From Oikopleura dioica (taxonomy: Eukaryota; Animalia; Chordata), in contig OU015566.1 of assembly GCA_907165135.1 (NCBI GenBank), positions 13,888,001 through 13,952,000 of the forward strand: a stretch of 64,000 nt of DNA, written 5' to 3'. Under the pieces are notes generated by a model. That model was not told where the DNA came from, made no database searches, and was given only the letters and a program-made list of their open reading frames with translations. The position numbers and the translations under genes were made by a program. Position 1 is the first letter of the stretch; the number at the start of each line of letters is the position of its first letter. This document shows positions 22,076 through 34,766 of the stretch, in pieces.

Positions 22076-24265
22076 AAAAATATAAAAATCAAATTATACT
22101 TGGCCGAATTTTGAGGTCATACTACCATCTCTGAAAATTTTCAGAGATTGATCCATCCGCTGTTCAGAAAAGATCTTCTAGGTCCTGACCCAGGTTTTCT
22201 TCACCAGCTAGACAAATTAAAATCAGTTTATTTTTCAGGAAAACATAAAAATTTCTAAAATATTTTCTATTATAAGAGCATTAGAAGCTCAGGTACTTAT
22301 GGCATAGTAATCAGGTTGATTCATTTTAAAATTTCAAATAAAAAACAACAGCGATTGATGCAATATCGATATAGCTCATCAGAAAATGCGTTCATTTTGT
22401 AACTTTTCTTCGTATTTTTCAGCGCATGGAAAAATGGAGTAATAAACCTAATGATTCATTTTAGCGCACTTATTGCCGGAGTCAATGTCAGTTCTCTTGT
22501 GTTCATTTTATTGGTGTGCTTGAAATCTGGATTTCGACTTTTTATCAAGAAAAAATGCGCCATCTAGACGAGCACATCTGGGGAACGCCTTGCTGGAAAA
22601 TATGGAAGTTGATAATTTTTAAAGATAAGAGCCTGCCTAAGATTGATTGAGTCGGTTGATTGACACACTTGTTCGTTTTTTTATTTGGGCTGAAATCGGA
22701 ACATTTTACGAGAGATTAATTAACGATATTTTTTTCGTAAAAATCTAAAAAATTGGAACAATTGAAGTTTTTCAATATTTTTATTTCGCATTTATTCAGG
22801 TGTAAATTGTCTTAGACAGTCAAGAAATATAAAGCAGAAAGTTTCATTTTATTCTCACTAAATTTTTACAAATCATCTGAATAATTTGAGAAACTGAACA
22901 AAAATCTATCGATTCTATTTTGCTAGAAGAAATCATAGAAATTCGAGATAATCTTGATTCAGTTTGGTACTTAAAAATCGCCGTTTTCCGTTTTATAAGG
23001 ATTCATAAAGCGCCATCTATCGATCAACATCTCGAAAAAATAGAGCGTGACGGTCGATAATTTCAAAAGATGGAACCTTCGCTCTGAGATTAATCCATTC
23101 TTTTCAAAACAAACGATTATTTTCTTCTTGTCTTGAATCTATTATTTTATGATATTATTTTTTGAAACGTGAATCTCAGCAATTCCACTTCAAATAATCC
23201 CTAATTCCTTTGATAAGAAAATCGCTCAGTCGCGATTTTTTAAAAATCCTTTCTACTCACGTTGAAATTTTCAAGGAGGGTATTTTTGCGCGTTGAGCGA
23301 ATTCACCTGTAATGATTATTTGAACGAGACTGATTACACTAGGGCCGAGAGCCGGGCGCTCTTCCGATAGGCACTGTGCGAAAAACGTAACTGTAAAATC
23401 TCGGTTTACGGCAAATCTAAGGTACCTAAGGCGCCTCCCAGGGCGGCCTTATCGATAAAAAACAGCAGCTTGAGGGGACATAAAGAGAGCTGACAGCCAG
23501 AATTCCAGTTCATTCGAAATGAAACTTTTTCATCTTTTATGAAACTAAAATGAATCATAATAGTATGGTGGAACGAGAGCTTAAAAAGCACTGCTACACA
23601 AACGAAAATTAGAAATTTTACTTTTTGATTTTATAAAATGACGCGAAATTTTAAATAACATGTATGTTTAACCATTTCTTCAACATTTCCCTGGTTAGTC
23701 TATTAACTTTCTTGAATAAAATTGACAATTCGTCTTCTTCCTTTACTATCGATAAAGATGACTCCGCCTTGTTGAATACTTTTCTGCGAATGTTACGAAA
23801 GAAGTAATAAATCTGATTATGTGAAACACTAGTTGAAAATTTGTGATTCCGAAAAACACGAACTAAGGTGAGAAACGAGCCTGACCTACATGTGTACTGT
23901 CTCACCCAGAATACGAAAACTGGCCAACCGAATAAGCCCGAAAAACATGACTTAGGACGATTTTGCTCATCTTAATTAACCTAACTGTAATTCTAGCACT
24001 CCTGGAAACAAGAAAAAGAGAAAGACAAAGATTATTTTTTGTAATTTTGAGTCGAAATTTATTCATTTTTTCTTTCGGCAGTTTTTAAAATTAAACAAAC
24101 TCGACTTTTTAAAAATAAAATTGAATGTACAGTAAGTTACAGAAGCTCTTTATTGAGGTATCTTCTTCTTCGTAAGACTTCTTTGTTTTCAAATTTCGTT
24201 TTAAATAATTCTTTTTTTTTACAGTGAAATTTTTTTTACAGTGGCTGAAAAAAGAAAGAAACAAT

Positions 24266-27200
24266 TTAGACATGAGAAACAGATCTGGCGCGGTTCATTT
24301 TGCTTTGCAGAGCCGCCGTATGAGCACGGATTTGGCTCGGGTTGTAAGAACCGGTCGAGTCGTCCCAGATCACGCAGATTTTCGAGCTCTTGTCGGAGTT
24401 GGGAACTGCTCCGGCGGCGCTGGAGAGGGAGGCGACGTGGACTTCGTAGTCGGAGTTCGACTCGGACGCGTCGGACATCTGAAATAGTGAGGTTACAAGG
24501 GGAAGAAAAATGTTGGTTAATTGAGGTCACATGACCGGAGAGGTCGATTTTTAGAGGATATGACCTCGAAGTTCAAAAACAATTTAAGCAATCACGTGAC
24601 CTCAAATGACCTCTACAATGAGTTAAGACAAACAGGGTCATTTGAGCTCACGTGACCTCGAATATTAAATTCCGGGGCATTTTGACCCCAAATGACCTTT
24701 TTGAAACAAAAAATTCAAAGAATTCAGGTCATTTGAGGTCACCTGACCTCAAACTTCCATTTGTGTTGGAAATGTGACCTCAAATGACCTTTCAAAATAA
24801 GATCATTTGAGGTCACATGACCTTGAAAATCAGTTTTTTTTTACTTACAGTATTAACTTTTTGATTAGATCCAGATTCCGTTCCATAGCCATCATCATGA
24901 TGAGATCTTTCGGTCGAAGCTGTGTCTGCGTTTATTCCGAGGCTGTTTCCAAGTCGCACTAGAATTATTTGCTTATTGGATGTTGGCTTGAAGGCGTTTT
25001 TAGAAAAGCGCGTTACGTGCAAATCCAAATATTATAATTTTGGATTTGTGAATCTGTTCAAAAACGTGTGGCGCAGATGGTCTAAATGGGCTGAGGCGAG
25101 AGCGACTCGCGGCAACAGGTGCGGCTAATTCGCTCATCCGACTTTTAGTTATGTAAAGTCAGAAAAAGCCAAAAAATGGTTTTCCTGTTTTTCTGATTTT
25201 TCTGAAATCTTACCGTGGCGGGAGGATTGAGTTTCGTCGGCCAAGAAAACTTCGTCCGAGCTCGAGTGGATTTTGAGCGGGTTCTGAGCGGAGCGGACTT
25301 GAGCGGAACTCAATGATGGGTTGTAGCCGCGGACGGGGTCGTAGTTGAACTGGCGCTCGGAGCGGGAGTCGAAATCGTTGTCCTGGGAGTTTGGGTTAGG
25401 GTTTGGAAAGAAAGAAGAGTCATATTATATCATATAATTTATATGACTTATTTAATTGGATCAATGAATAATTATGAGTCATAAAATATGACTCATTTTA
25501 AAAATCGGATAGTATGAGTCACATCATATGAGTCATCTTGTATGACTCATATGACTCATAGAAACATTACTTATGAGTCATAAGTTATGACTCATCAGTT
25601 ATGAGCTAATGAGTCATAAGCCAAATGAATCATCAAAAAGTGAAACTTACGTTGAGGTTGATCTTGAGCTGCTGCTCACGTGGGAACCATCTGAGTTTGA
25701 CGCAGAGAGCGAGGCAGAAAATCAGCCCGAATCCCAAAATGCCAAAGACGATGCCAAATTTCGCCTGCGCGGTAATACCTTAAATATCATAATTAACAAA
25801 AAAGTTCAATTTTATCGTCGAAAAATTTTAGTTGTAATCAGTATTTTGACTCGAACGGTTTTAGACTCGAAACTAAAGTAAAAGTAACTAAAACGCCTAA
25901 TCGAATTACAGTTAGAGCGATAAGGAACTACTCCGTTGGTCTTAATTAACTCTTTCTGCGTGTTTTTTCTAGCGCTGTGACCTTAAGGCTCTCCCTTTCA
26001 TGTGGCGCTCCAGCGAGGAAAAAAGGAGCCAAGCGCTAATTGGATCGTCGTGGAAGGTTTAGAACTTTTTCCCCCAGCGTCAAAATATTCGTCCATTTTT
26101 CGCAATTATCCTCATCCCGTCGGATCATTTTTTCTAGTGTCATAATCGGGCTTACGTAATCCCCTGTAAATTTTAACGAGATTTACTGGCGCTCAACTTG
26201 TTTTTACAGCTTTTGATCGAAGAAAAATCATTCTAGCGCTTCTTAGAGCGCCTTATTCATCAAAAAATCTTAAGGGTATCCCTTCGTTAAAATAACTTTC
26301 GCTCTATTTCATTGAAAATCTTAAGGGTATACCTTGTACAATTCAATTTTGATGAACTAGGGGCAATAAAAGAGTATCTTTCTATTATGCCTTTTTAAGG
26401 GTATCCTCGTGGTTTTGTGTTAGAGCTCCCTGCTCTTCATAATCAAGAGCGCGTGTACTCAAACGAGCCCCCGCTGTGCCCTTATCACTATTTTCCATCT
26501 CCCTCGTGGCAATTCACAAAACTCTAAACACCCTACATTACAATTACAAAAACGATGAACTTTTTCTGAAACCCGAAAACGCTCTAAAGAACGATAAGGG
26601 TAGTCCTCCCTCTAAAAAGTTTCCAAGAAAGAAGCTTTATTTGGACAAGCACTTGGTCAAAAATGCGGCTCTGAATTGGCCATTCCACTGCCGATGGGCT
26701 GGAATCTCCGACAAAAGAGCTCTTGTCTCATAGTTTACGAACTTTTTTTGTGTTACTTATCCACGTGTTACAGAAAGGGCTCATTTTAAGACCACCCCAA
26801 AAATGAGCAAAACGAATTTTCGACTCAAAAATTAAAAATAAAGAAGGAAGTTTTGAGTCGAAAATTCACCTCTTGAACCAGGCGACTATTCGACACAAAA
26901 ATGATCAATCTACTTTTGAGTCGAAACTCGCTGATCTTTATTGGGGTGGTCTTAAATTGAGCTCTATCTGTAAAAACCTGGATAAGAATCTGTTAAATTA
27001 GGGGTCGATAGAGCGGTTGAATTTAACCATTTTGAGTATTCTGAAATGTGCTTAAATGGGCACTGCGGGAAACCGCAGAGCTTCCGCAAAAATCCTACAG
27101 CCACGTGACGGCCAGACCATTTTTTTCGAGCCAAAAGTTATTAGAGGAAGAGTTAGGGTCAGAAAGTTATTTTAAAAGCTCAATCTAAAATGGGGGACCG

Positions 27201-30200
27201 GGGTTACCTTCAGGCTGGAGTCTGATGATGCTGGTGGAAGTTCCAAGCTCGTTCTCGACCAAGCACTCAAATTGGCCGATGCCGACATTAATCTTCACGT
27301 TTTGAACAGCGTCTCCGAAGAGTTCGTGGATGATCCCTTCATCCTCCGCTTTGCCAAGGTCAACGATTCTGACGTGGTTCGGCTTCGGCTCTGAAACGAA
27401 CGCGCATTCAAGCTCCATGCCAAATTGCTCTTTTCCAGAAAGAATGCTCGGTGGCCCCTTAATCGCAACTTGAACTGTTGCTTCGGCGTTTCCAAGGGGG
27501 CTTTCAGCGATGCAGCGGTAGTTGCCGGCGTGCTTGGAGTTGACACGCTCGATGCTGAGAATTCTAGAGCTGGTTGTGTGCACGGTGACGTCATCCTTGA
27601 TCCAGGTGTATTCGGGCTCCGGATTGGCGGAAATCGGACATTCGATTTCGACAGAACGGCCGGGCTGATCAGCGATTGTTCGCCGGAGGGGTTCTCCGAC
27701 GATCACGGGAGCGACTGAAAATGCAATATAAGAGAGGGGATACCCTTAAGAAATCCATAAGAAAGGGTCTTTTTCAAACAACAGGTGATAGTAGTGGAAT
27801 ATCTTGTTATTTCAGGCTAAATCCGTGATCGCAAATCAAAGCCCTCTTTTCACAGCAAAAAGTGCTATTATTCGCCCAAATCGGCGACCGAGTAATCCTC
27901 CCTTGTTCGTCTAAGCTCCTCAATACACAACGCTACGATTGACAAAATGCGCCAAGCGTAGCTAAGCGCTGTTTACTACAAACAACGAATTCTATATTTT
28001 GTTGTTGTATCACCTGATCATCCCTTTTATTGTCGGCCCAGGTTTTCAAAGGGCAGAGCTCGACAAAGGGCTCTTTTTATGTAATTATGGTCATAAAAGA
28101 GGGTGGGGTAGCACCTTAATCTCTGGGAAAGAATGTCACACCTTTTCTGTTGTAAGAAATAAGGGAGTGGGGGTCGAAAAACCGAGTTATTTTTCGAGGA
28201 AAAATAACTTCATGTTCTACAATAATTTACAAATCGCATCCTCCCTCGACGTAGGGAAAATTCTAGCGCCACTTGAAAGAGTTCCGCCGCGCCAGATTAA
28301 AATTAACGTTGATTCGTCAACAAATTACATTGGAAAACATCTTCCCATGGCACATGCGATGTCAAATTTTCAACCAAACGAACGACTTTCTCTCAATTTT
28401 AATTACTGTAACTGTTATTAGTTTAGAGAGAGCCACCCTTAAGCCATGTGATCAAAGAAGAAAGTTAACCCGAAAACTTGTGTTCTGGAGTGCGAAAAGG
28501 CAAATTTCACACGCGCGGTTTCGAAAATGTACATTTTCCAATTCTGCGGTCGAACGGGTTAAGGGAGTTTCCCTGAGATGTTTCCAGCTGTGGAAAGTCG
28601 GCGGAAACGTGACAGGAAACACACCTGTGCGTGGGGCAATAAGTACATCAGCTCAAATTTTGGGAAAAAGTGAATACATAATAATCCACGGTTAAAAGAA
28701 AGAAGCCGCCTTTTTCAAAGAAAAATTACGAAAAATACGGTGCAGTTCTATTTTTATATTTTAAGATGACCATTTTTAGAAAAAAGTTTAAAAGAAAAAG
28801 AACCCAAAATAGAAAGAAAAATGGGGCAGAACCAAGAAAAGGAAGTGATTTTCCGGACCTGAGTTTTGATTGGCCGGTAGGCCAAATACAGCAATCTTAT
28901 TGGCTATTCAAAAATTACTTCCTTTTCTTGGTTTGTCCCGAAAAGTGGCTGTTTTAGCTTCTGTACTTACATAAAACGCTGATGCTTGCAGCAGTAGATC
29001 CAGATCCAATGGCATTTCTGGCTGTGCACTCAATTCTTCGCGTGTGAAACGACCAGTCCACATTTGGAATTGTCAAACTGGCCACGGAGTCGTCGGAATC
29101 CAATACGACTCCATCTAGAGACCAGGAAAATGATGTGGCGGGTGGGTTGCTTTCGCTAAGGCATTGGACGGTGAGGGAAGATCCTTCAGGTACAGGCTCA
29201 TCTGGAAGAACGACCGTGACCTCTGGCAGAGCTAGGAAAGAAAGAGGGTTAGTTTTTTGGCTCATTTTAGGAGTGATGATTCATCACTGATGAAGTCATA
29301 TTTTCAAAATGAGTCATATGATGAGTCAAAAATAAATGAGTCAAATTTTGATGAGTCATATTGATGAGTCATATGATGACTCAAGTGAGTCATATGATGT
29401 CCTAGTTTCAAAAGTGAGGGGATACGGTAATACTCTGCTCAATCATTTGATACATTAATTCTACCGCCGTCTTAGCAATAATCGTTAGAACTGGTCCTCT
29501 AACTCTCTTCTTATGAATAAAAATTTATTTCTCGGCCAAACCGGCGTTATCCGATACTTCCGCCTTTTTAATATACTTCCGCCTTTTTACCTTTCTACCG
29601 GCGGTTTTTAGCTTGCGCAATTTTGTACCCCAATTCATCCTCAAAAGAAAGCCAAAATACTGTATTTCGCGTCGAAAAGGTTAAACTTTAGACTTTTTCG
29701 CGCGTCTAAAAATTCAATTCACGGCGATTAGGAAAAAACGTGCGAGAAAATGTCTGTTTGGAAGTTTCGAAAAAAAAATCTGTTGATGATTTCCAAGGTG
29801 CGACCTTTTTGATAATCAGAGGACTGACAGATCGCAGACACTATCTCACAAAAGCAGTTCCACTAACGGGCCACGCTCGTGAATATCGTAAATAACTCGC
29901 GAGCCCTCGACTTAGGGGGAAGCAGCTTATTGAGCTTCAAATCTCTTTTCGGAGCTCTGTGCGAAAAACGACCGGAGACAGGGGCATTTCTAGTGCTTTA
30001 GAAACGACTTGGGAGCAAAATGAAGAATGCGCCAAAAGGGGAATTTTAAGGGGATACCTACAAAAAAATTTCGACAAAAAATTTTGCATGGGCGGCTACT
30101 CGGCTGGTTTGCCGAATTCAGGCTTCTGATTGGTTGAAAATTTCCACGTAAAATTTGTCGAAATTTTTTTGTCGGTTCCAGACACCTTCCATTTTAAGGG

Positions 30201-33200
30201 GGTACAGGGGGTTTTCAGAAGTTCTATTTAAAAGCGAGTAAGACGGTGACACCCTTATTTAACATATTCTAGTACTACCACGTAAGAATATTCTAAAAGA
30301 ATGAGCTCCAACTTGGTTGGAGAGAGGGCTGCTACTTACTTTGTACATCAAGCTGAACAAGAACACGAGTAGGCGTGGCGCCAAGTGCCGGATTCTCAGC
30401 AAGACAGCTCAATTGCTTGCCATTATCGCTCTTGCTCGGGACGATGGTCACTTCGGAAAAGGTGGTGAGCAGCAAATCGCCGGAAACGGAAGCTGTTGAT
30501 TCTACTTCGTCATCTGAAAATTGGGTTTTTAGAGAAGAGAAGGCCTTAATCTGATTTCATCCAGCAAGGGCCAGTGGGGAAAGCAAACAGCTTTTCTATT
30601 ATGATTTCTTACTGTATTGAAGCTGAGTATATCTAGCTTGAATAATGCATCAATCAGTCAAGAGTTCAATTAGACACCCGACCCCTTTTAATTAATTTAT
30701 ATTTATAGAGAGGCCGAGAGGCCCCGAGGGGTGAGCCAGGGAGCTCGATCACCTGTCGAATACTTTTGTGGCCAATTAGGCACCGCAAAAGGCCTTTTTT
30801 CACCGTTCAACTGAAATGAAGAATCTTGTGTTTTTTGCCAAAAAAATTAAGATCAAAAGAAAAATATGGTCGATTAAGAGCTCCTAATTAAAAAATAAAA
30901 TAAACAGTGCTCAAACAATCGCATTTTTTTAATACGATTTGACAGCTAGATTTGGCGCGGGCCCAGGTGTACACCCTTAAATTTGAGAAACAACAGAAAT
31001 TGTTTGAAATAAAACAATTCGCGAAAATCTTATTCCTGATTTGAGTTGATTATTTAAGGGTATCGAGTTCCATTTAGCAAATTGTCATTTTTAAGAAAAT
31101 TGGATTTCCGGAATCAAATTGGGGGGGCCGAGGTTTTTTGCCGCGGTCGAAAGCAAAAGTTAAAACTTATTTAAAAGTGGAGAAAATCTGGTCTTACCTC
31201 CAAGAGTCCATTGGAGGTTCGTTTGCGGCTTTGAATCAGTGGCGATGCAGCGGACTTTCGTTGGTCGACCTTCGACGACTTTGATCATTTCGACGTTGCC
31301 GGTTTTGATGCTTTCGAATTCGCCAGAGACGGGGAGATGTCGACGGTCTTTGGTGGGACGAGGACGGAGAGTTTTGCAACCTGAAATTTCGTTATTTTTA
31401 CAAGCAATTTTTAACCCATTCGCGCGGGGCGGACAAAAATTGGTCTGATAGCTCTTTAGTTCAATATTTCAGCTTCATTTTGATCGGAAAAAGAGAAAAT
31501 TTTAAGGAGGATGCATAAGATATTGCTGCTCGAAAATAGGCCTTATTATTGATGGAGCCCTTATTTTCCTGAAATTCCGGAAAGCTTCATTAGAAAGTTT
31601 TCCGTTCAACCCGGAGATCATCAAAATTTCACGTCGCTGTAAATTCAATGCCCGTAAACTTAGTAAACGAATTCATTACGAAAAACCGGAGACTGTAAAT
31701 TTGAAATTTTGCAGAACGTGAATTTTGCTGATCAATAATTTTGCTTATTTTTCGATTCTTTCGCTAATCGCTTTTTGCCGCGCTCAGATTAAACCTTTCA
31801 CGTGATAGGGGTTAGCGTTAAGGGTCCATCTGCTGATTGTTCATGTTGCTGGATTAAGGGTATCTCTTCTAATAGCGACTACTTTGCACTTTTTGAATGA
31901 AAAATTTTATATGACCAAAGAATTGGTTTTTGACCGTTTTTGGGTTAAAATTTGGGCGATTTACTTAAGGGTGTATGGAGCGGTAAGGGAGAGGAAATTA
32001 AGGTGACCCGAGTTGAACTTCTAAAAAAGTTATCTGCCCCTGCTCACGATAAGTTTTTGAGTTCTGTCGCTTATCGTTTTTTTCTGTATATTAATTCATG
32101 ATCGAGTTTTATTTAATTGCGCAGCTGCAGCCGAATTCTAGCGCTGTTCGATTTTGAAATTTACCTTTGAGCGTAGCCCGGCAGGAGTAATCTGACACTC
32201 GAACTGGTCTTCGTCGGACAACTGGACGTTATCGATGGTCAACGAGTAGTCAGAAGCGCCGATTGCTGCGGAGTAGCGGGATTTCAGAAGGGGAGGAAAT
32301 CCAAGTCCCAATCCAGCTAGAAATAATAATTAGAAAAGGGAAAGAAAAAAATTTTGAAGGAAAACAATGAAAATCCGGGTAATCCATCCTAGATTATTAT
32401 TTTTAAGGGTATCAACAGCAATTAAATTTTCAGCGCTAAAGCTTAATTTGTCCTGTTGATACCCTTAATATGAAGATGATTCCTTTTCAAAAGGATTTTT
32501 AAGGGTATCAACAGGCTTTTTGAGCAAGATCGCAGTGCTGTTGATACCCTTAAGACCAAGATCATTCCCTTCATCAAGATCATAAGGGTATCAACAGCAA
32601 TCCCGACGCATAATTCAACAAAATCGTATTGCTGTTGATACCCTTAAGATTTTTTAACGCTTTTATGGCGCCAAGTCCAAAAACATAATTTTACGTTCAT
32701 CCGGCTTTGCGTCCTTCCTTAATTCCGTCCACTATCTTTTTGACTAGTGCTGTTAAAAAAATCTTGTCGCCCTGCCAGAAGAGTGGGAGAAGTTGAGTCT
32801 TAACCCTAAACCGGAAGAAGCCCAATTTGGCGCAATAGATGCCTTTCTTGGCATTGATACATTTTTCGGGATCTGTGGAATCCGGCGAGCGTCGAAAGTT
32901 ATGAATTCCAAATCATTCTCTTTTTCCCGATGAATTTACAAGGTCATCTGGCCCGGAACTTGATCATTTTTCAATTCATTTTTCATTTTCAAGTTGACGG
33001 TTTCCCAATCAAACATGAATAGAATGGCTTTTGGTGCGGAAATGGGTTAGACTTGTTAACTTGTTGTAGATAAATTTACGCATTTTTTGAGGTTTTGAGT
33101 CGAAAATACAAAGAATTGAGTCATTTCTAGTCAGTTCATTTTCGAGCCGAAAAAGTCTTTTTTGACTCGAAATTTTTAATAGTGCGAAAATTGTGTTTTT

Positions 33201-33509
33201 GAGCTTGGCGCCAAAAAACTAATCGTTTTAATTCGCCCTTCAAAAAACTATCGTTTTTTATTCGTTTTTGAACTTGCTAGTTATTTTGTTTCGTGAATAC
33301 AAAAGACGGTTCCGGTTGGGGCTGCGGTTTGAATGAGGGTTTTATGTTCGCCATTGTTGCGGCTGTGGATCCTTAATCGTTACCTTTGAGCCATTGAACC
33401 ATGTAGCGATCTTCTTTCTCGTTCCCATCGACGCGGCATTGGAGTGTTACTTTTTCGCCGATGATCGCTTGTACTGCTTCTGGTTCCGCGCCGAAGCTCA
33501 ATGTTGAGC
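24266..33509 (-). CDS. KIRREL: KIRREL/NEPH (Kirre/Roughest/SYG-1 family) five-Ig-domain cell-adhesion receptor; signal-peptide exon not located; one 1-nt frameshift at ~31331-31334
   Basis: Exons give Ig1 (EKVTLQCRV...VQWLKAGLGLG...YSLTIDNVQLSDEDQFECQI...RSKVAKLSVLVPP), Ig2 (KVRCIATDSKPQTNLQW...DNGKQLSCLAENPAL), Ig3 (SLTVQCLSESNPPATSFSW), Ig4 and Ig5 (27185-27716 region). Then come TM FGIVFGILGFGLIFCLALCV, cytoplasmic exons and a C-terminal PDZ-type SHV-stop, matching the family's THV end. All intron phases are consistent. Confidence 0.85.
24523..24825. repeat. Intronic array of AGGTCA/TGACCT half-sites (GAGGTCACGTGACCTC-type palindromes)
   Basis: More than 10 half-sites, e.g. CAGGTCATTTGAGGTCACCTGACCTC (24725-24750) and TCACGTGACCTCAAATGACCTC. 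Confidence 0.8.
25415..25620. repeat. Intronic array of ATGAGTCAT/ATGACTCAT units
   Basis: About 9 TGA(G/C)TCA heptamers in ~200 bp of AT-rich sequence. Confidence 0.85.
26790..26951. mobile_element. 162-bp TTAA-flanked MITE (TIR GACCACCCC...GGGGTGGTC)
   Basis: TTAA at 26786-26789 and 26952-26955; internal inverted TTTTCGACTCAAAA/TTTTGAGTCGAAAA motifs. Confidence 0.75.
29271..29398. repeat. Second intronic ATGAGTCAT array
   Basis: 7 TGA(G/C)TCA heptamers in ~90 bp. Confidence 0.85.
32403..32647. repeat. Three tandem mini-hairpins with conserved 16-bp arms (TTAAGGGTATCAACAG...CTGTTGATACCCTTAA) and unique loops
   Basis: Units at 32403-32468, 32499-32553 and 32582-32647; loops of 34, 23 and 34 nt; linkers of ~28-30 nt. 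Confidence 0.9.
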
Positions 33510-33599
33510 CTAAAGTTTATCGTTAGATCATGTAAGACAAAACAAAAAAAATGATGACATAAAAGATTTCCAACAGAAAAAAGAAGTCTCCATTTTTAA

Positions 33600-33753
33600 C
33601 CCATTCGCGCGGGGCGGGCAATAATCGTGCACGAAAATTAACCTGTTTACTCTTTAGACCAATTTTTTGGCATCAATCTTGGGCGAAAGACTTGACCAAA
33701 AAATTGGTAAAACGGCTAAACAGGTTAATTTACCTACTCCCCGCGCGAGTGGG
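33600..33753. mobile_element. 154-bp piggyBac-like MITE (TTAA-CCCATTCGCGCGGGG...CCCCGCGCGAGTGGG-TTAA); truncated copy at ~31415-31445
   Basis: TTAA on both flanks, termini CCC/GGG, and additional internal inverted repeats. Confidence 0.8.
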
Positions 33754-34343
33754 TTAAATTGAAAAAGACTCGATTAAAATTAAGGAAGCGCCTAAAATCC
33801 GAGTTCTAGCGTGCCAGATAACGGCGGTGGAACATTTTTCGATAAGGCGAGTAATCGAAAACGTTAAGGGAGCGATAAGAGAAAGAAATTGGTTATTCTC
33901 AATACACTGAAAAATCTCGAACAACCCTTTGAACCGCAAATAAACGCGTCGAGAGCGCGCTAGAATTATGATTTTATAACATGTTGGATCCAAAATTAGA
34001 AACTTGACAGTTTTACAGACTCGTTTTTGTATATTCCAAGCGCTGTTTCCCGAAAAAGGAGCAAGAAAGGCGCAAATTAACGGGCCAAGAAATGGAAATG
34101 AAAATAAAGCGGAAAATAAAAAAAATTGAAAGGCGGTGGTATTTTTTGCTTCCGCAGAGTGCCGCAGACCCGGAAATCGAAAAAGATGACTGACGATTTA
34201 AGAAGCTGCTTCTTTTTACGAAGGAAAGGCTTTTGGGAGCATATGCTTATACCCACGCAAGTAGGAGAGGATTAAGGGAGTAGCCAATTTTGGGATAGAA
34301 ACGTCCTCAATTCCGTTAGATCTTTCGGTATATTTGAATTTAA

Positions 34344-34654
34344 GGACCTCCCTGTTGATAATTTTGCTTTGATTTTTGAGCCAAAAGTCTTCGATTCTAG
34401 CGCTTTTTCGGCTCAAAATTGATCATCAAACTTATCGTTAGGGAGACCCTTAAATTTTTGACCCATTCTATTAAGGGTGTCAACGACGAAATCTCGAAAA
34501 CAAAGTTTCATGATTGACCCCCTTAAGAAAATAGCTCAAAAATTTAAGGATCTACCTCTCGATAAATTTGAGAATCAATTTTGACCCAAAAATGGCCTCA
34601 AATGACGATTTCTGGCTCAAAAATCTAGACTTAAAGTTATCGAGAAGGAGGCCC
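34344..34654. mobile_element. TTAA-flanked nested palindromic element
   Basis: The outer arms TTAA-GGACCTCC...GGAGGCCC-TTAA enclose an inner inverted pair TTAAGGGTGTCAA/TTGACCCCCTTAA and GAGCCAAAA/TGGCTCAAAA arms. Confidence 0.6.
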
Positions 34655-34766
34655 TTAAACTTAGTGTTGCCAAGAAACATATAGTTTCCGCTTATTTCGA
34701 ATTGGCGGTTGGTTATCTTGAACTCTCTACCCTTACGATTAGCTGTCTTATGACAGTTGTGCTCAA

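Noticed and set aside
32403-32647. CRISPR-like look (constant repeats with ~30-nt unique spacers); also 15259-15540
   Set aside because: The repeats alternate in orientation or are bipartite, there are no cas genes, and the context is spliced eukaryotic genes.
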